A DNA stretch of 64,000 nucleotides from Octopus vulgaris. Taxonomy: Eukaryota. This document shows, one piece after another, positions 26,725 through 39,369 of the stretch; position 1 is the first letter of the stretch; each line of letters opens with the position of its first letter. The notes below the pieces were generated by a model. That model was given only the letters and a program-made list of their open reading frames with translations, did no database searches and had not been told where the DNA came from. Made by a program: the position numbers and the translations under genes. The stretch covers positions 68,696,001 through 68,760,000 of the forward strand of contig OX597822.1 in assembly GCA_951406725.2 (NCBI GenBank). The letters are read 5' to 3'.

Positions 26725-28121
26725 CATACATATATATATATGTATATATATATACATATATATGTATATATATATACATATATATATACATACATACATA
26801 TATATGTATATATATATACATATATATATACATACATATATATATACATACATACATATATATATACATACATATATATATATATATATATACACACACA
26901 CGCACATACATATATATATACACATACATATATGTATATATACACACACACACACATACAGACAGACAGATAGATATATAATACATGTATATGGTTGTGC
27001 ATCTTTGTTGACCTCATATAGTATCAAGGTAAAGAGATAGTTAACACACATGCACACAAAGATTCACATACACACATGTATATACACACACATATATATA
27101 CACATGTAAGCATGTCTACCAAATGCACTCACAAGGAATTCTCCAAATAGTAGAAAACATTTGCGCAGAGTGCCACGTGGCAGGACTGAACCCAGAACCA
27201 TGTGGTTGGGAAGCTAACATCCTAAGCATGCAGACCATGCCTGCATCTAAATTTATATTTTTTAATTATAAAAAATACATCTGTGTTTACTAAAGTAAGT
27301 GAACTCAAACAATAAATGCAACACCAGTTTTTTTGTACCTACAAATCAATATATTTTATTGTAGCTTTTCATTTTTTTTACACTTGAGTATAAGGCACAT
27401 ACCCTCACCACCACCACCACCATCAATTTTGACTTTCATGTTTTCTATTTAATTTTTCACAATATACACAAAGAAATATATAGTAACTGAAATTATAGAC
27501 ATAAAGTCTTGATAACTTATTTATTTCTTTATTGCCCACAGGGGCCTAAACAGAGGGGGCAAACAAGGACAGACATAGAGATTAAGTCAATTACATTGAC
27601 CCCAGTGTGTAACTGGTACTTATTTAATTGACTCTGAAAGGATGAAAGGCAAAGTTGACTTCGGTGGAATTTGAACTCAGAACGTAATGGCAGACGAAAT
27701 ATTACTAAACATTTCGTTTGGCGTGCTAACGATTCTGCCAGCTCGCTGCCCTAGTCTTGAAATGAATCTTTTAGATAGTGATAACTGGCTGATAATGTTA
27801 GCAGAATATATAGAAATATCAAAATCATGTTGAAGGCGGTGACCTGGCAGAATCGCCATCACACAGGAAAAACTGCTTAGCAGCATCTCTTCCTACTTAA
27901 CGTTCTGAGTTCAAATACTGCTGAGGGTTGACTTTGAATTTTGTCCTTTCAGGATCAATGAAATATCTACCAGTTGAGTACAGGGGTTGATGTAATTGAC
28001 TTACCCCATCCCCCATAATTGCTGGGCTTGTGCCAAAATCTGAAACCAATATCCTAATAATGTTTGGAATCAACTAAATTTGACAATAATAACCATTCGA
28101 TGATATCATTATTCATAAGTA

Positions 28122-28541
28122 CAGGGTGGACCAAAATGATCTGACGCATTTGGAGGCTTAATAAAAGCACAAAATAAGAAATAATGAAAAGAAAAATTTT
28201 ATTTCATTAAGATTTAAAAATTAAATCAGCTAAATGCTTCCCATTATTGTAAACACACTGTTGGAGACGTTCATGAAAGTTATTGATAACTCTATGGATC
28301 ATTTCTTCTGGAATGGCTGCTAATTCTACACAAATTGCATGTTTTAATTCATCAATAGATCGAAGGCGATGACTGAATACTTTTGATTTTAAATATCCCC
28401 ACAAGAAGAAATCACATTTCACCATTCCAGAAAAAATTATCCATAGAGTTATCGATAACTTTCATGAACGTCTCCAACAGTATGTTGACAATGATGGGAA
28501 GCATTTAGCTGATTTAATTTTTAAAACTTAATGAAATAAAA
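28122..28541 (-). pseudogene. Tc1/mariner transposase 3' fragment with TIR and internal inverted duplication
   Basis: ORF 28207-28425(-) CDFFLWGYLKSKVF...LQQCVYNNGKHL is the DDE C-terminus. TA-CAGGGTG terminus at 28120-28128. Arms 28197-28316 and 28422-28541 are inverted. Confidence 0.8.
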
Positions 28542-28919
28542 TGGCATTAAATGTACATTCAGAAAATAACAAATGCATGAATGTTAAAACTAAATCAGAT
28601 TTTATCATAAATACTCAAAGCCATATTATTTTACAACAAAGGATGTGGTGTAATAGAGCACCGGACTAAACTTATTTAATTTTCTTTTAGGTTTGTTTTT
28701 CTTTTGTTCTTATACATTCCAAGTTCCATTTCCAAGAAAATGAATCTTTTGTAAATCTGTGTTTTACTCGGTTCACTTGTTGGATTGTGGCCATGCTGGG
28801 GCACCACATCGAAGAGGTTCAGTCGAATAAATCAACCGTAGTACTTTTTTTTTTATAGTCTGGTATTTACTCTATCAGACTCTCTTGTCACAAAGACATA
28901 AACAAAGCAAAGCAACACT

Positions 28920-29333
28920 TATTTACATTATTTACATTCGACCGATACTTGTCCTCATCTTGTTTGTTGTTAACACGTTTCAGCTGATATACCCTCAAGC
29001 CTTCTTCAGGTGTCTTGGGGAAATTTCAAACCTGGGTTCTCATTCCTAAGGTATTCTTCGCCGCTGATGCTGCCGACGTCGTCATCGTTCAGGTCACTGC
29101 TTGGAATCGAACTTCGAATCTTGGAGTTTGTAGCCATACTACGCCATATGCCCATCGTAAAATACCTTAGGAATGATAACCCAGGTTCAAAATTTCCCCA
29201 AGACACCTGAAGAAGGGTGGAGGGTATATCAGCCAAAACGTGTTAACAACAAAGATGAGGACAAATATCCGTCGAATGTAAATAATGTAAATAATGTACA
29301 TAATTCCTCATCTCTTAAATATAGAACTGTATT
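28920..29333 (-). mobile_element. tRNA-headed Penelope-type hairpin element with two HHR motifs, inserted in a family A SINE
   Basis: 11-bp direct repeat aaagcaacact at 28909-28919 and 29334-29344. Inverted arms 28920-29055 / 29161-29294. A/B boxes on the minus strand in the loop. CTGAAGA-aggct...cagcY-RAAAC in both arms. Confidence 0.75.
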
Positions 29334-29374
29334 AAAGCAACACTATCAAGTGGTGGATAGAGGACAAAGACACA

Positions 29375-29409
<35 letters not shown>

Positions 29410-30629
29410 GATGGGCTTCTATGCAGTTTCTATCTATTAAATTTACTCACAAAGCACTGGTCAGCTTGGGGTTATGGTAAAAGACACTTTCCTAAGGTAC
29501 TGCACAGTGAGACTGAAACTAGAACCATGTGGTTGGGAAATAAACTTCTTACCACATAGCCACACCTGCACCAATATATAAATAACAACACAACCATACC
29601 AGAGTAATTAAGTACTGTCTTTACGTTCTGAGTTCAAATTCTGCCTTTCATCCTTTCAGGGTTGATAAATTAAGTACCAGTTGTGTACTGGAGTCAATCT
29701 AATCAACTGGCCCCCTTCCCAAAGATTTCGGGCCTAGTGCCTAGAGTAGAAAAGATTCTTAAAGGTGGTGAGCTCGCAGAAGCGTTAGCATGCCAGGCAA
29801 AATGCTTAGCAGCATTTCATCTGTCTTTATATTCTGAGTTCAAATTCCGCCAAGGTCAACTTTGCCTTTTATCCTTTCAGGGTTGATAAATTAAGTACCA
29901 GTTGCTTACTTGGGTCGATCTAATTGACTGGCCCCCTGCCCCAAAAATTTTGGGCCTTGTGCTTAGAGTAGAAAAGAGTAAATAATTACTTGTCATGTAT
30001 AATATACCGGGTAGAAAAATTAAACAAATTTTTAAGGGGTCACTAAGGCTGGTCAGTCCAATAGATTAAAAAAAAAAAAGCACAAAATACATGGAGGGTG
30101 TATACTTCAGGCTTTGGTGCCTTTATTAGAAGTCAAGAAAAGACTTGAATGATACTGGGGTCATATATTTAAATGAAATCCCACAAACAGGCATGGTCAT
30201 GTGGTTAAGAAGTTAGATTTGCAGCTGTGTGGATCAGGTTCAATTCCACTGTGTGGCACCTTGGGCCAACAAATTCTTGTTGTGAGTGAATTTGGTTGAC
30301 AGAAACTATGTAGAAACACATCTTACATATACACACACACTCACACATACACACACATATATATACGTATGTATATTCATACATACATATATGTATATGT
30401 GTGTGTCTTTGTTACACACTTTCCACTGCTTGAGAACCAGTGTTGGATTTTTTCCATCTCTGTAACTTAGCAGTTCAGCAAATGTAACCTAAAGAATAAG
30501 TACCAGACAAAAAAAAAAAAAAAAAGAAAAACATACAAAAATACTAGGGTCAATTTCTCAGCTATAACCTTTCAAGGTGGTGCCCCAGCAAGGCTACAGT
30601 CAACAACTGAAACAAGTCAAAAAAATAGG

Positions 30630-30890
30630 GTAACGATTAAAGACCCCCTTCAGTCATGAATGACCATGGGATTGCACCTAGAAAGTTACCTGCTCAGGCA
30701 CAAGTCTGGACAAGGTTGTTTATGGAAGACCAGAAGTGACATTGCAACTCATTTCTACAACTGAGGGAACTGGAGCAACGTGAAATAAAGTGTCTTGCTG
30801 AAGAACACACAACTCACAGCCTGGTTTGAGAATTGAACTCACTACCTCATGATTGTGAGTCTGACGCTCTAACCACCGAGTCATGCGCTG
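30630..30890 (-). mobile_element. tRNA-derived CORE-like SINE (family C)
   Basis: Minus strand has a tRNA-like head then agcaagacactttatttcacgttgctccagtt. Copies at 36270-36605(+), 54355-54620(-), 56380-56890(-) and, more diverged, 2245-2470(-). Confidence 0.7.
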
Positions 30891-32613
30891 CATAACAGCT
30901 ATTTTTACATACTAATATGGGATGAAAGTTTAAGGTGGCAATCTGACAGAATTGTTAGTACACTGGGCAAAATGCTAAGCAACATTTTGTCCATCTTTAT
31001 GTTCTAGGTTCAAATTCTGCTGAGGTCAACTTTACCTTACATTCTTTCAGGGCCGATCAAATAGGTATTAGTTGAACACTGGGGTCAATGTAATCGACTA
31101 GCGCCCACTGAAATCGCTGGCCTTGTGCTAAAATTTGAAATCAATATGAAATGTAAAATGAACTAGCAGGTCTATCTCAATTCTTATTTCCTTATTTCTT
31201 TATTGCCCACATGGGACAAAACAGAGAGGGGGACAAACAAGGACAGACAAAGGGATTAAGTCGATTACATCAACCCCTAGTGCGTAACTGGTACTTAATT
31301 TATCGACCCCGAAAGGATGAAAGGCAAAGTCGACCTTGGCGGAATTTGAACTCAGACCGTAACAGCAGACGAAATACCGCTAAGCATTTCGCCCAGCGTG
31401 CTAACATTTCTGCCAGCTCGTCACCTATCTCAATTCTGCAAAGCTCAATGCTCTGAGATCTAACCATAATTATTTCTTTTTCTTGGTCTACACTTAATTT
31501 CAAAAAAAAATTTCCTTTTAAGCTTATTAGCCAAAATAATGACAAGCGAATTTCAAGTCATTTTTAGAACCGATAAAAGAGTTAACAAGAATTCTTGTCT
31601 CAGTGAATACATGAATATGGGGGAAATTTTCTGGGAACTTCCCCTTGTACCTATGTTACTTAGGACAATAATATATAAATGATTGATCACTCAAATGTTA
31701 TATTAGTTAAAGGTCATATATTTATCTGACATAACATTAAAGATTCTATTTATTATTTTTTGTCTTGGGGTCTCTTAAGAAGTCAGAATTGGTGCCACCA
31801 AGACAGATGCTTTTGACAATAAATCCATCATTATTTATTTTTACAAGGAAAATAATACTATTGTTATCGTTGTTGTTATTATTATTTCTGACTTTTTAGC
31901 ATTCAGTATTGAACTGTGATTATCTATCTATTTATTGACATTTCCAAGGATAACAAAAATATTAATTTTGAGAAGTTTGAATTGGGGGGGTCCACCCACC
32001 ACAGTCACCGCCATCATCATTATCATTGAAGTCTACATTTCCATGCTTGCATGTGTTAGACAGATTTGTTGAGGCAGATAATCTGTGACCAGATGCCCTT
32101 CCTGTCACCAACTCTTACTTCCAAGCAAAGGTTAATATTTCCATATGGCTGGACATGTTCTTTATAAAAGACAAGTAACAAACACTACTTGTATGGTAGT
32201 GATGCTCATTTAACAACTGTCACGTCAAGAAACATACAAACACATGCACGCATGCATACACACACACACACACACACACACACGCGGCAGGCTTCTTTCA
32301 GTTTTTGTCTACCACATTCAGATACAAGCCCAGAGCTATAGCAGAAGACACTCGCCCGGGGTTCTGCATAGCGGAACTGGCTGGTGAGCAAGCTTGTAAC
32401 CACACATCCACACCTATCTATCTATACACACACACACATATGTGATAGGCTTCTTTCAGTTTCTGTCTATCACCTTCAGTCACAAGACTTTGGTCAGCCC
32501 AGGTCTGTAGTAGAAGATACTTGCCCAAGGTTCTACAGTGGAACTGACTGGAAAGCAAGTTTGTAACCACACAACCACACCTGTCTATCTATCTACCTAC
32601 CTATCGATCTATC

Positions 32614-32644
<31 letters not shown>

Positions 32645-32685
32645 CGATATATCTATCTATCGATATATCTATCAATCTATCTATA

Positions 32686-32719
<34 letters not shown>

Positions 32720-33312
32720 CCTACCTACCTACCTATCTACCTACCTATCTATCGATATATCTATCTATCTATCTACCTATCTATCTATCTATATACACAA
32801 ACACGTGACAGGCTTCTTTCAGTTTCTACCTATCACCTTCAGTCACAATATTTTGATCAGCCCAGTTCTATAGTAGAAGGCATTTGCCCAAGGCGCCACA
32901 CAGTGGGACTGAACTCAAAACTGCATGGCTGGAAAGCAAGCTCCTAATCACCCAACCACGCCTATGTATATGTGTGTATGTGTATGCATTTATGTAACTA
33001 TCTCTCTCCCCCTCTACATATATGTGTGTATGTGCGCACACATGCACACACATTATACACATACAAACACATATTATTTACTGATATAAGAGTTCAAAAT
33101 ATTTGTACACCTCTTATCAATATTTGTTATTCTCAACTCTATTCACTCCTCATTCTACAAAGAATCTATGTTTGCACTTTAACACTTAATATAAACTGTT
33201 ATCTTATAATACTCACTTCTTCATTTGTTGCCAAGCCTTGCTTAGGAAAGCAAGATTCAACTAAGAAAGAAATCTGTCCCAAGTTGTAGTCAGAAATAAA
33301 TTTTACTTATAA

Positions 33313-33705
33313 CTAGCAGTATCGCCCAGCATTGCTCGGGTTTGTTTCGACCCTTTAGAATTGGAATTTTTGAAAAGTAAAAATTTTGCATTATGTAGCT
33401 TGTTATTCTCTTTAAGTGAACATTTTTCTGGTTGAAATACACCAAAAAAATGGCAACACAGCAGTCACAAAATCGTAAAAAAAATAGGGATTTTCATAGA
33501 AAAAAAAGCACCTTTTTGATGTAAATAATTTCTGGTGTTAACATGGTCCGATTTGAATTTTTTCTTCTACAGAAGGAAGAGCAAGCCTTCTATCATACTC
33601 TCAATTTTGATCAACTTGTGCCGCAGGGTCTCGGAGGAGATAGTGTTAGTTGAAGGCTACCAAACCTGCCATACACAGACAACTTCAGCTTTATATATAG
33701 AGAGA
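33313..33705 (-). mobile_element. Non-autonomous Helitron
   Basis: Minus strand starts TCTCTCTATATATAAAGC and ends with a subterminal GC hairpin (cccgagcaatgctggg) then CTAG, inserted between A and T. A 5' partial copy lies at 62167-62430(+). Confidence 0.75.
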
Positions 33706-34675
33706 TTACATACACATGCATATTAACATATGCACACACACACACATATTATCCGAAACATACAGTATTATATATCAATCACAGTTGATCCTACCAATGG
33801 GTTTTGATTGAACCGAAGCTATAGTAGTAGACACATACTCAAGATGCTATGGAGTAGGACTGAACCTGGAACCATGTGGATAGGAAACAAGCTTCTTGCC
33901 ACAGCGGAGAGTGCAGATATGGCTGTACAGTTAAGAAGTTGGCTTCACCACCATGGGATAGGAGTTCAGTCCCACTGCATGGCACTTTGGGCACATGTCT
34001 TCTACTATAGCCCTGGGTTGACAAAAGCCTTGTTAGTCAGTTATATCAACTTTAGTCCTTAACTGGCACTTTATTTTATCAATTAATTCCAGTACTTTAC
34101 CAGCATGGAATTTTATTGACCTTAGTAGAATAAAAGGTGAAGTCAACATCAGTAGAATTTGAACTCGGAATGTGGGGAGATGCAACTGAATACTGCCAAG
34201 TGACAGGCAATTTGTTCAATGCTTTAATGATTCCACCGAGTGCTCAAATAAATGGTATGATAATCATAGTAGTAGTAGTAGTAGTAGTAGCAGCAGCAGT
34301 AGTAGCAGCAGTATGGGGTCATGCGCTGTAACAGCACATTGCTGCATCCACCATTTGTCAGTGATTCCTTACTATGCCTAGACGATGACCCCTTTGCCCT
34401 GCTCATGCAACAACTCTCCAACCCATGGGTTTGTTTGAGCAGTTGTTGCTTGTGAGGGTTTTACGAGGTCCTAACTCATCCTCTTTTAGTTGCCTTTAAT
34501 GATACAGAGAGGAATAATTTATTCAATTCTTTGACATGCCAGTCCCAGCGAAGTGTTTTGCTCAAGAACATGACATGCCATCAAGTCCAGGAATTGAACC
34601 CATGATCTGGTAATTATGAATGCAACACCCTAGCCACTAGGCCAGGCACATTCATTATGATCATGTTGTTGTTAT

Positions 34676-34997
34676 CAGGGCTGTGGAGTTGAAACAAAAA
34701 GCTCTGACTCCAACTCCTCTACTATTGGCACCTCCGACCCCAACTCCTCTACTATTGACACCTCAGACTCAGACTCCTCTACTATTGGCACCTCTGACTC
34801 TGACTCTTCTACTATTGGCACCTCTGTCTCTGACTCCTCTTTATGTAATTAAGAGATTGTGGTCTACGAGTAGGCCTGTATGTTATAACTGGTTTATATT
34901 AAAGAATAAAAATATTGTGACTCAGAGTTGGTATAGTTTTACTGACTCTGACTCCAGCTACCCCTTAATTGTTTCTGACTCCAACTCCACAGCCCTG
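34676..34997. mobile_element. hAT MITE with GACTCC subrepeats
   Basis: TIR CAGGGCTGTGGAGT/ACTCCACAGCCCTG and a perfect 8-bp TSD gttgttat (34668-34675, 34998-35005). Internal ~30-bp unit x4. Second copy at ~47286-47575. Confidence 0.9.
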
Positions 34998-35274
34998 GTT
35001 GTTATCATCATAAAGACATGATGAGCGAAGGTGCATGGCTTAACGGTTAGAGTATGTGGATCATGATTGTAAGGTTAAATTAATGTACTGGAGTCAATTC
35101 ATTTAACTAAATTCTTCGAGGTGGTGCCACAGCATGGCCACAGTCTAATGACAGAATTGAGTAAAAGAAAGGAAAAAGGAGAAATACTAGTTTCTTGGAG
35201 AGAGAAAAAAAAAGGGAAAGGAGAAGTAGCAAAAAGGATAACATTTAAATTAAAAAAGAAACTTTGAGAATATA

Positions 35275-35682
35275 GGCGTAGGAGTGGCTGTGTGGTAAGT
35301 AGCTTGCTTACCAACCACATGGTTCCGGGTTTGGTCCCACTGCATGGTACCTTGGGCAAGTGTCTTCTACTGTAGCCTCGGGCTGACCAAAGCCTTGTGA
35401 GTGGATTTGGTAGACGGAAACTGAAAGAAGCCTGTCGTATATATGTATATGTGTGTGTGTGTGTATATGTTTGTGTGTCTGTTTGTCCCACCAACATCGC
35501 TTGACAACCAATGCTGGTGTGTTTACGTCTCCATAACTTAGCGGTTCAGCAAACGAGCCCAATAGAATAAGTACTAGGCTTACAAAGAAAAAGTCCTGGG
35601 GTCGATTTGCTCGACTAAAAGGTGGTGCTCCTGCATGGCCACAGTCAAATGACTGAAAGAAGTAAAAGAGAGTAAAAGAGTA
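35275..35682 (+). mobile_element. SINE family A, full length, young
   Basis: ggcgtaggagtggctgtgtggtaag head, central (TA/TG)n, and (AGTAAAAGAG)n tail. Confidence 0.9.
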
Positions 35683-37136
35683 ACATTGGTGAAAGACGGT
35701 GAGGGAAGAATGTGAATTAACATAACTTCTGTATTATTACCCAGCAAAAAAACAAACAAGAAAGAGAAGCTTTTAGTCGAAGAATGACGATAACACATTG
35801 ATAAAATAGAGAAATTTATAGATCCTTAACTTCCATCAAGTAAGTGAAAATTTTGGTAATGTTAACACTGAGCTCTGTTGGCAATCAAAACAAGGTTGAA
35901 GTAGAGCCAAACAAAACAGAAAAGAAAGAAAGAGAGAGAGAGAGAGAGAGAATATTAGTCTGTTACAGCAAAAATAATTTTACTGTTAGTGGAAGTTTAA
36001 CTAGCTTTAAAATTGTAATCTACAAAAATCAAACTCTAAATAAAGAATATGGGGGTGGTTTTTCCTTTTCATTTTTTTGTATTTTTTTATATTTTTGATA
36101 TATTTGCCTTATTTATTTATTTTCTTTACGAATCAAATTTAGAGTTTGAAAATCTTATTGGTTTCACTGATTGGAGTGAGGCCATGCTGGGGCACAATCT
36201 TGAAGGGTTTTTAGTCAAACGAATCAACCCTGAAACCTATTGTTTTAAAGTCTAGTAGTTATTCTATAGTGAAGGTGTGTGGCTTTGTGGTTAGAGTGTG
36301 AGGCTCGCCAATCATGAGGTTGTGAGTTCGATCCCAGATCAGGTTGTATGTTGTGTTCTTGAGCAAGACACTTTATTTCACTTTGCTCCAGTTCAGTCAG
36401 CTGTCGGAATGAGTTGCGGTATCACTGGTACCAAGTTGTATCAGCCTTTGCTTTTCCCTTAGATAACACTGGAGTCATAAGGGGAGGCTGGTATATATGG
36501 GTGACAGCTGGTCTTCTATAAACAACCTAGCCTGGACTTGTGCCTCGGAGGGGAACTTTCTAGGTGCAGTCTCATAGTTATTTTTGACCAAAGGGGGGGT
36601 CTTTATCTCTTTACTATTGTGAAGGTGCATAGCTCAGTGGCTAGGGTGTTGCCTTTGCACCTGCTAGATCATGGGTTCAATTCCCAGTCCAGGCGGTATA
36701 TTATGTTTTTGAGAAAAACATTTCATTTCGTGTTGTTCTATGGATGAGAGAGTGGCAGAATTGTTGGCATGTCAGCAGAGATGCTTTACAATATATCTTC
36801 CAGCTCTCTATATACTGAGTTCAAATTCCACCTACCTGGAGAAGGCAACAAGAAACCACACCAATATTCATCCCAGGTCTTGTCACTGAAACCAAAGTTC
36901 CATCATCTACTTAACAGAAGCAGGGGAGAATACGAACCCTCCAAGGTTGTACAGAGAATGCTGGAGAAGTTTCACATGCACAGGACTTGCCCATGGGCAC
37001 ACCACCACTAGACTAGGCTTATTCTATCAGCCACTTTTGCTCAACCACTTAGTTATGAGGACGTAAACAAACCAACACCAGTTACCAACAAGTGAACAAA
37101 CACAGTCACAAAGACAGACATGTGTGTGTATGCATT

Positions 37137-37175
<39 letters not shown>

Positions 37176-37280
37176 AACAATAATAAAAGGAAAATGGAGA
37201 GTTCAAATAGACATGTGTTAATTAACACATGTCTATTTATATTATCATTACAATAATATAAAAATATAAAAATAAATATA

Positions 37281-37378
37281 ATCCCTACAATGGTTTCGAT
37301 TCAAACCCAAAAACTAACAACAAATTCATAAAATTCATATTATGGAAATATTTTGGGTAAGAATCTCATCAGGGTAAT
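37281..37378 (-). ncRNA. Type I hammerhead ribozyme with extended stem II, in a PLE-like fragment (~37175-37455)
   Basis: Minus strand reads cc-CTGATGA-GATTC-tt-ACCCAAAA...TTTTGGGT-tt-GAATC-GAAA-ccattGTA-gg. Canonical core and GUA triplet. Confidence 0.75.
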
Positions 37379-37474
37379 GGTAACCAGTGGAAATTGGATG
37401 TTTTACATCCCTATAAGAAGAGCTTATTTCCCTGCATTGGATCTTTTTAAATATGTGTGTATATATATATATAA

Positions 37475-37522
<48 letters not shown>

Positions 37523-37525
37523 ATA

Positions 37526-37757
37526 CAAGGTGGGCTAAAAGTCGCCTGACAGTAAATCAAAACCATTAAATTCCAAGATTTATTTATATTTCACAACTGA
37601 ATGAATTTAATAAAGGCATCTAAATATAAAACACCATGACAATTATTCAGACTGAAGTCCTTCTTGAGTGACACATTTTCCCATTCAAGTCAATACAGAA
37701 TTACAGACAGTATTTATGGAATTTTGATTTTGATTTTGATTTACTGTTGGGTGACTA
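37526..37757. mobile_element. Tc1/mariner MITE, right end truncated at a SINE
   Basis: agtcgcctgacagtaaatcaaaa / ttttgatttactgttgggtgact inverted ends, with a TA-CAAGGTGG start. Confidence 0.65.
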
Positions 37758-37763
37758 TATATA

Positions 37764-38167
37764 GGCATAGGAGTGGCTGTGTGGTATGTAGCTTGCTTAC
37801 CAACCACATGGTTCCGGGTTCATTCCCACTGCGTGGCACCTTGGGCAAGTGTCTTCTACAATAGCCTCGGGCCAACCAAAGACTTGTGAGGGGATTTGGT
37901 AGACGGAAACTGAAAGAAGCCCGTTGTATATATGTATATATATATATGTATCTGTGCGTATATGTTTGTGTGTTTGTGTTTGTTCCCCCAACATCGCTTG
38001 ACAACCGATGCTGGTGTGTTTACGCCCCAATAACTTAGCGGTTCGGCAAAAGAGACTGATAGAATAAGTACTAGGCTTATAAAGAATAAGTCTTGGGGTC
38101 GATTTGCTCGACTAAAGGCGGTGCTCCAGCATGGCCACAGTCAAATGACTGAAACAAGTAAAAGAGT
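37764..38167 (+). mobile_element. SINE family A, full length, young
   Basis: Near-identical to 35275-35682 and to the reverse complement of 49358-49770. Confidence 0.9.
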
Positions 38168-39369
38168 ATATATTTGAATAAAAGAAGGGTAAAAAATATA
38201 CTCCGCACAGTCTCCATCTACTAAGGTCATACACAAAGCAGTGGTCAGCCCAGGGCTACAGGAAAACACTTGTCTAACATGCCAAATGCAGTGGGGCTGC
38301 CCCCCCCCCCCCCCATAAAAAAAAAAACTCATGGTTGCAAAACAAGCTTCTTAATCACAAGTTGACACAAACAGTAACAGAAGGCAAAGATAAAAATGAA
38401 ATACAGATATTCCAGCTCTCCACACAAAATCCTGCTAGAGTCAAACTTGCCCTTCAGCTCTGTAAGAGTTAAATAAAAAATAAGACCTAACTATTATAAC
38501 CAATAATATCAAATCAATAAGGGGACCACTGCCTCCACTCCCCAAATTTTTATAAGTGTTTATTGTATGTTTTATTCATTAGAGAGGCTTTTCCATTGTT
38601 GTTTGTTTACAGTGTTCCATTTCTCTTTTGTTTTATTCCAGTATATCAACATCCTCTTTGTTAGAATAAGTACCAGTTATAAATGGTCTATGCAATTCTG
38701 TAGACTACATTTCTTTCTTCTTATTGTAATCCAAAATTCCCCACTTATTAGCCTAGTATTTTTCAGAGTTCCTACAAACATACATAATCACTGACATCAT
38801 TGCCACCAGTACCACCACCACCACCACCACCAATATCATCATTGTCATCATCATCATCATCATCTAATCAATGGTAATACGATCTTCGTCATCATTTTCT
38901 GCTTCTCCAGCACCACCATTACTCTTAGCACAAACACCATCATCATCATCATCACTAATTTTTCTCTTCCAACATTTTGTGACAACCATTTTATACATCA
39001 TCATCATCATCATCATCAGTCACATTAACATTCTCGACATTGTTACAATCATCATCATCATCATCAGTATCACTATCAACATCATCATTAGCATCTGTAG
39101 CAGCAATAAAATATATCATTCAACAAAAGAAATATTTCAAAATTTCAAAATTTGAGTTCATCCTTTACATCCATGCCCTCCACTCCCTCTCTCAACCAAG
39201 AAGTCTTTGTCTTGTGAACCCATGGGTGCCATTTCCATGTAAAAAGCACCCATTTCGATGTCACCCATGTCAGTGCCACATAAAAGCCTTGCCTTTCTTC
39301 AAAGATGTTTCAATCAGGATTCTCCCACCTTTTAAAAGCATTCCAACCTCTGATCACCCATTTTAGTTT

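Noticed and set aside
34705-34840. Regularly spaced ctcctctactattggcacct repeats
   Set aside because: They are internal tandem subrepeats of a TSD-flanked hAT MITE.
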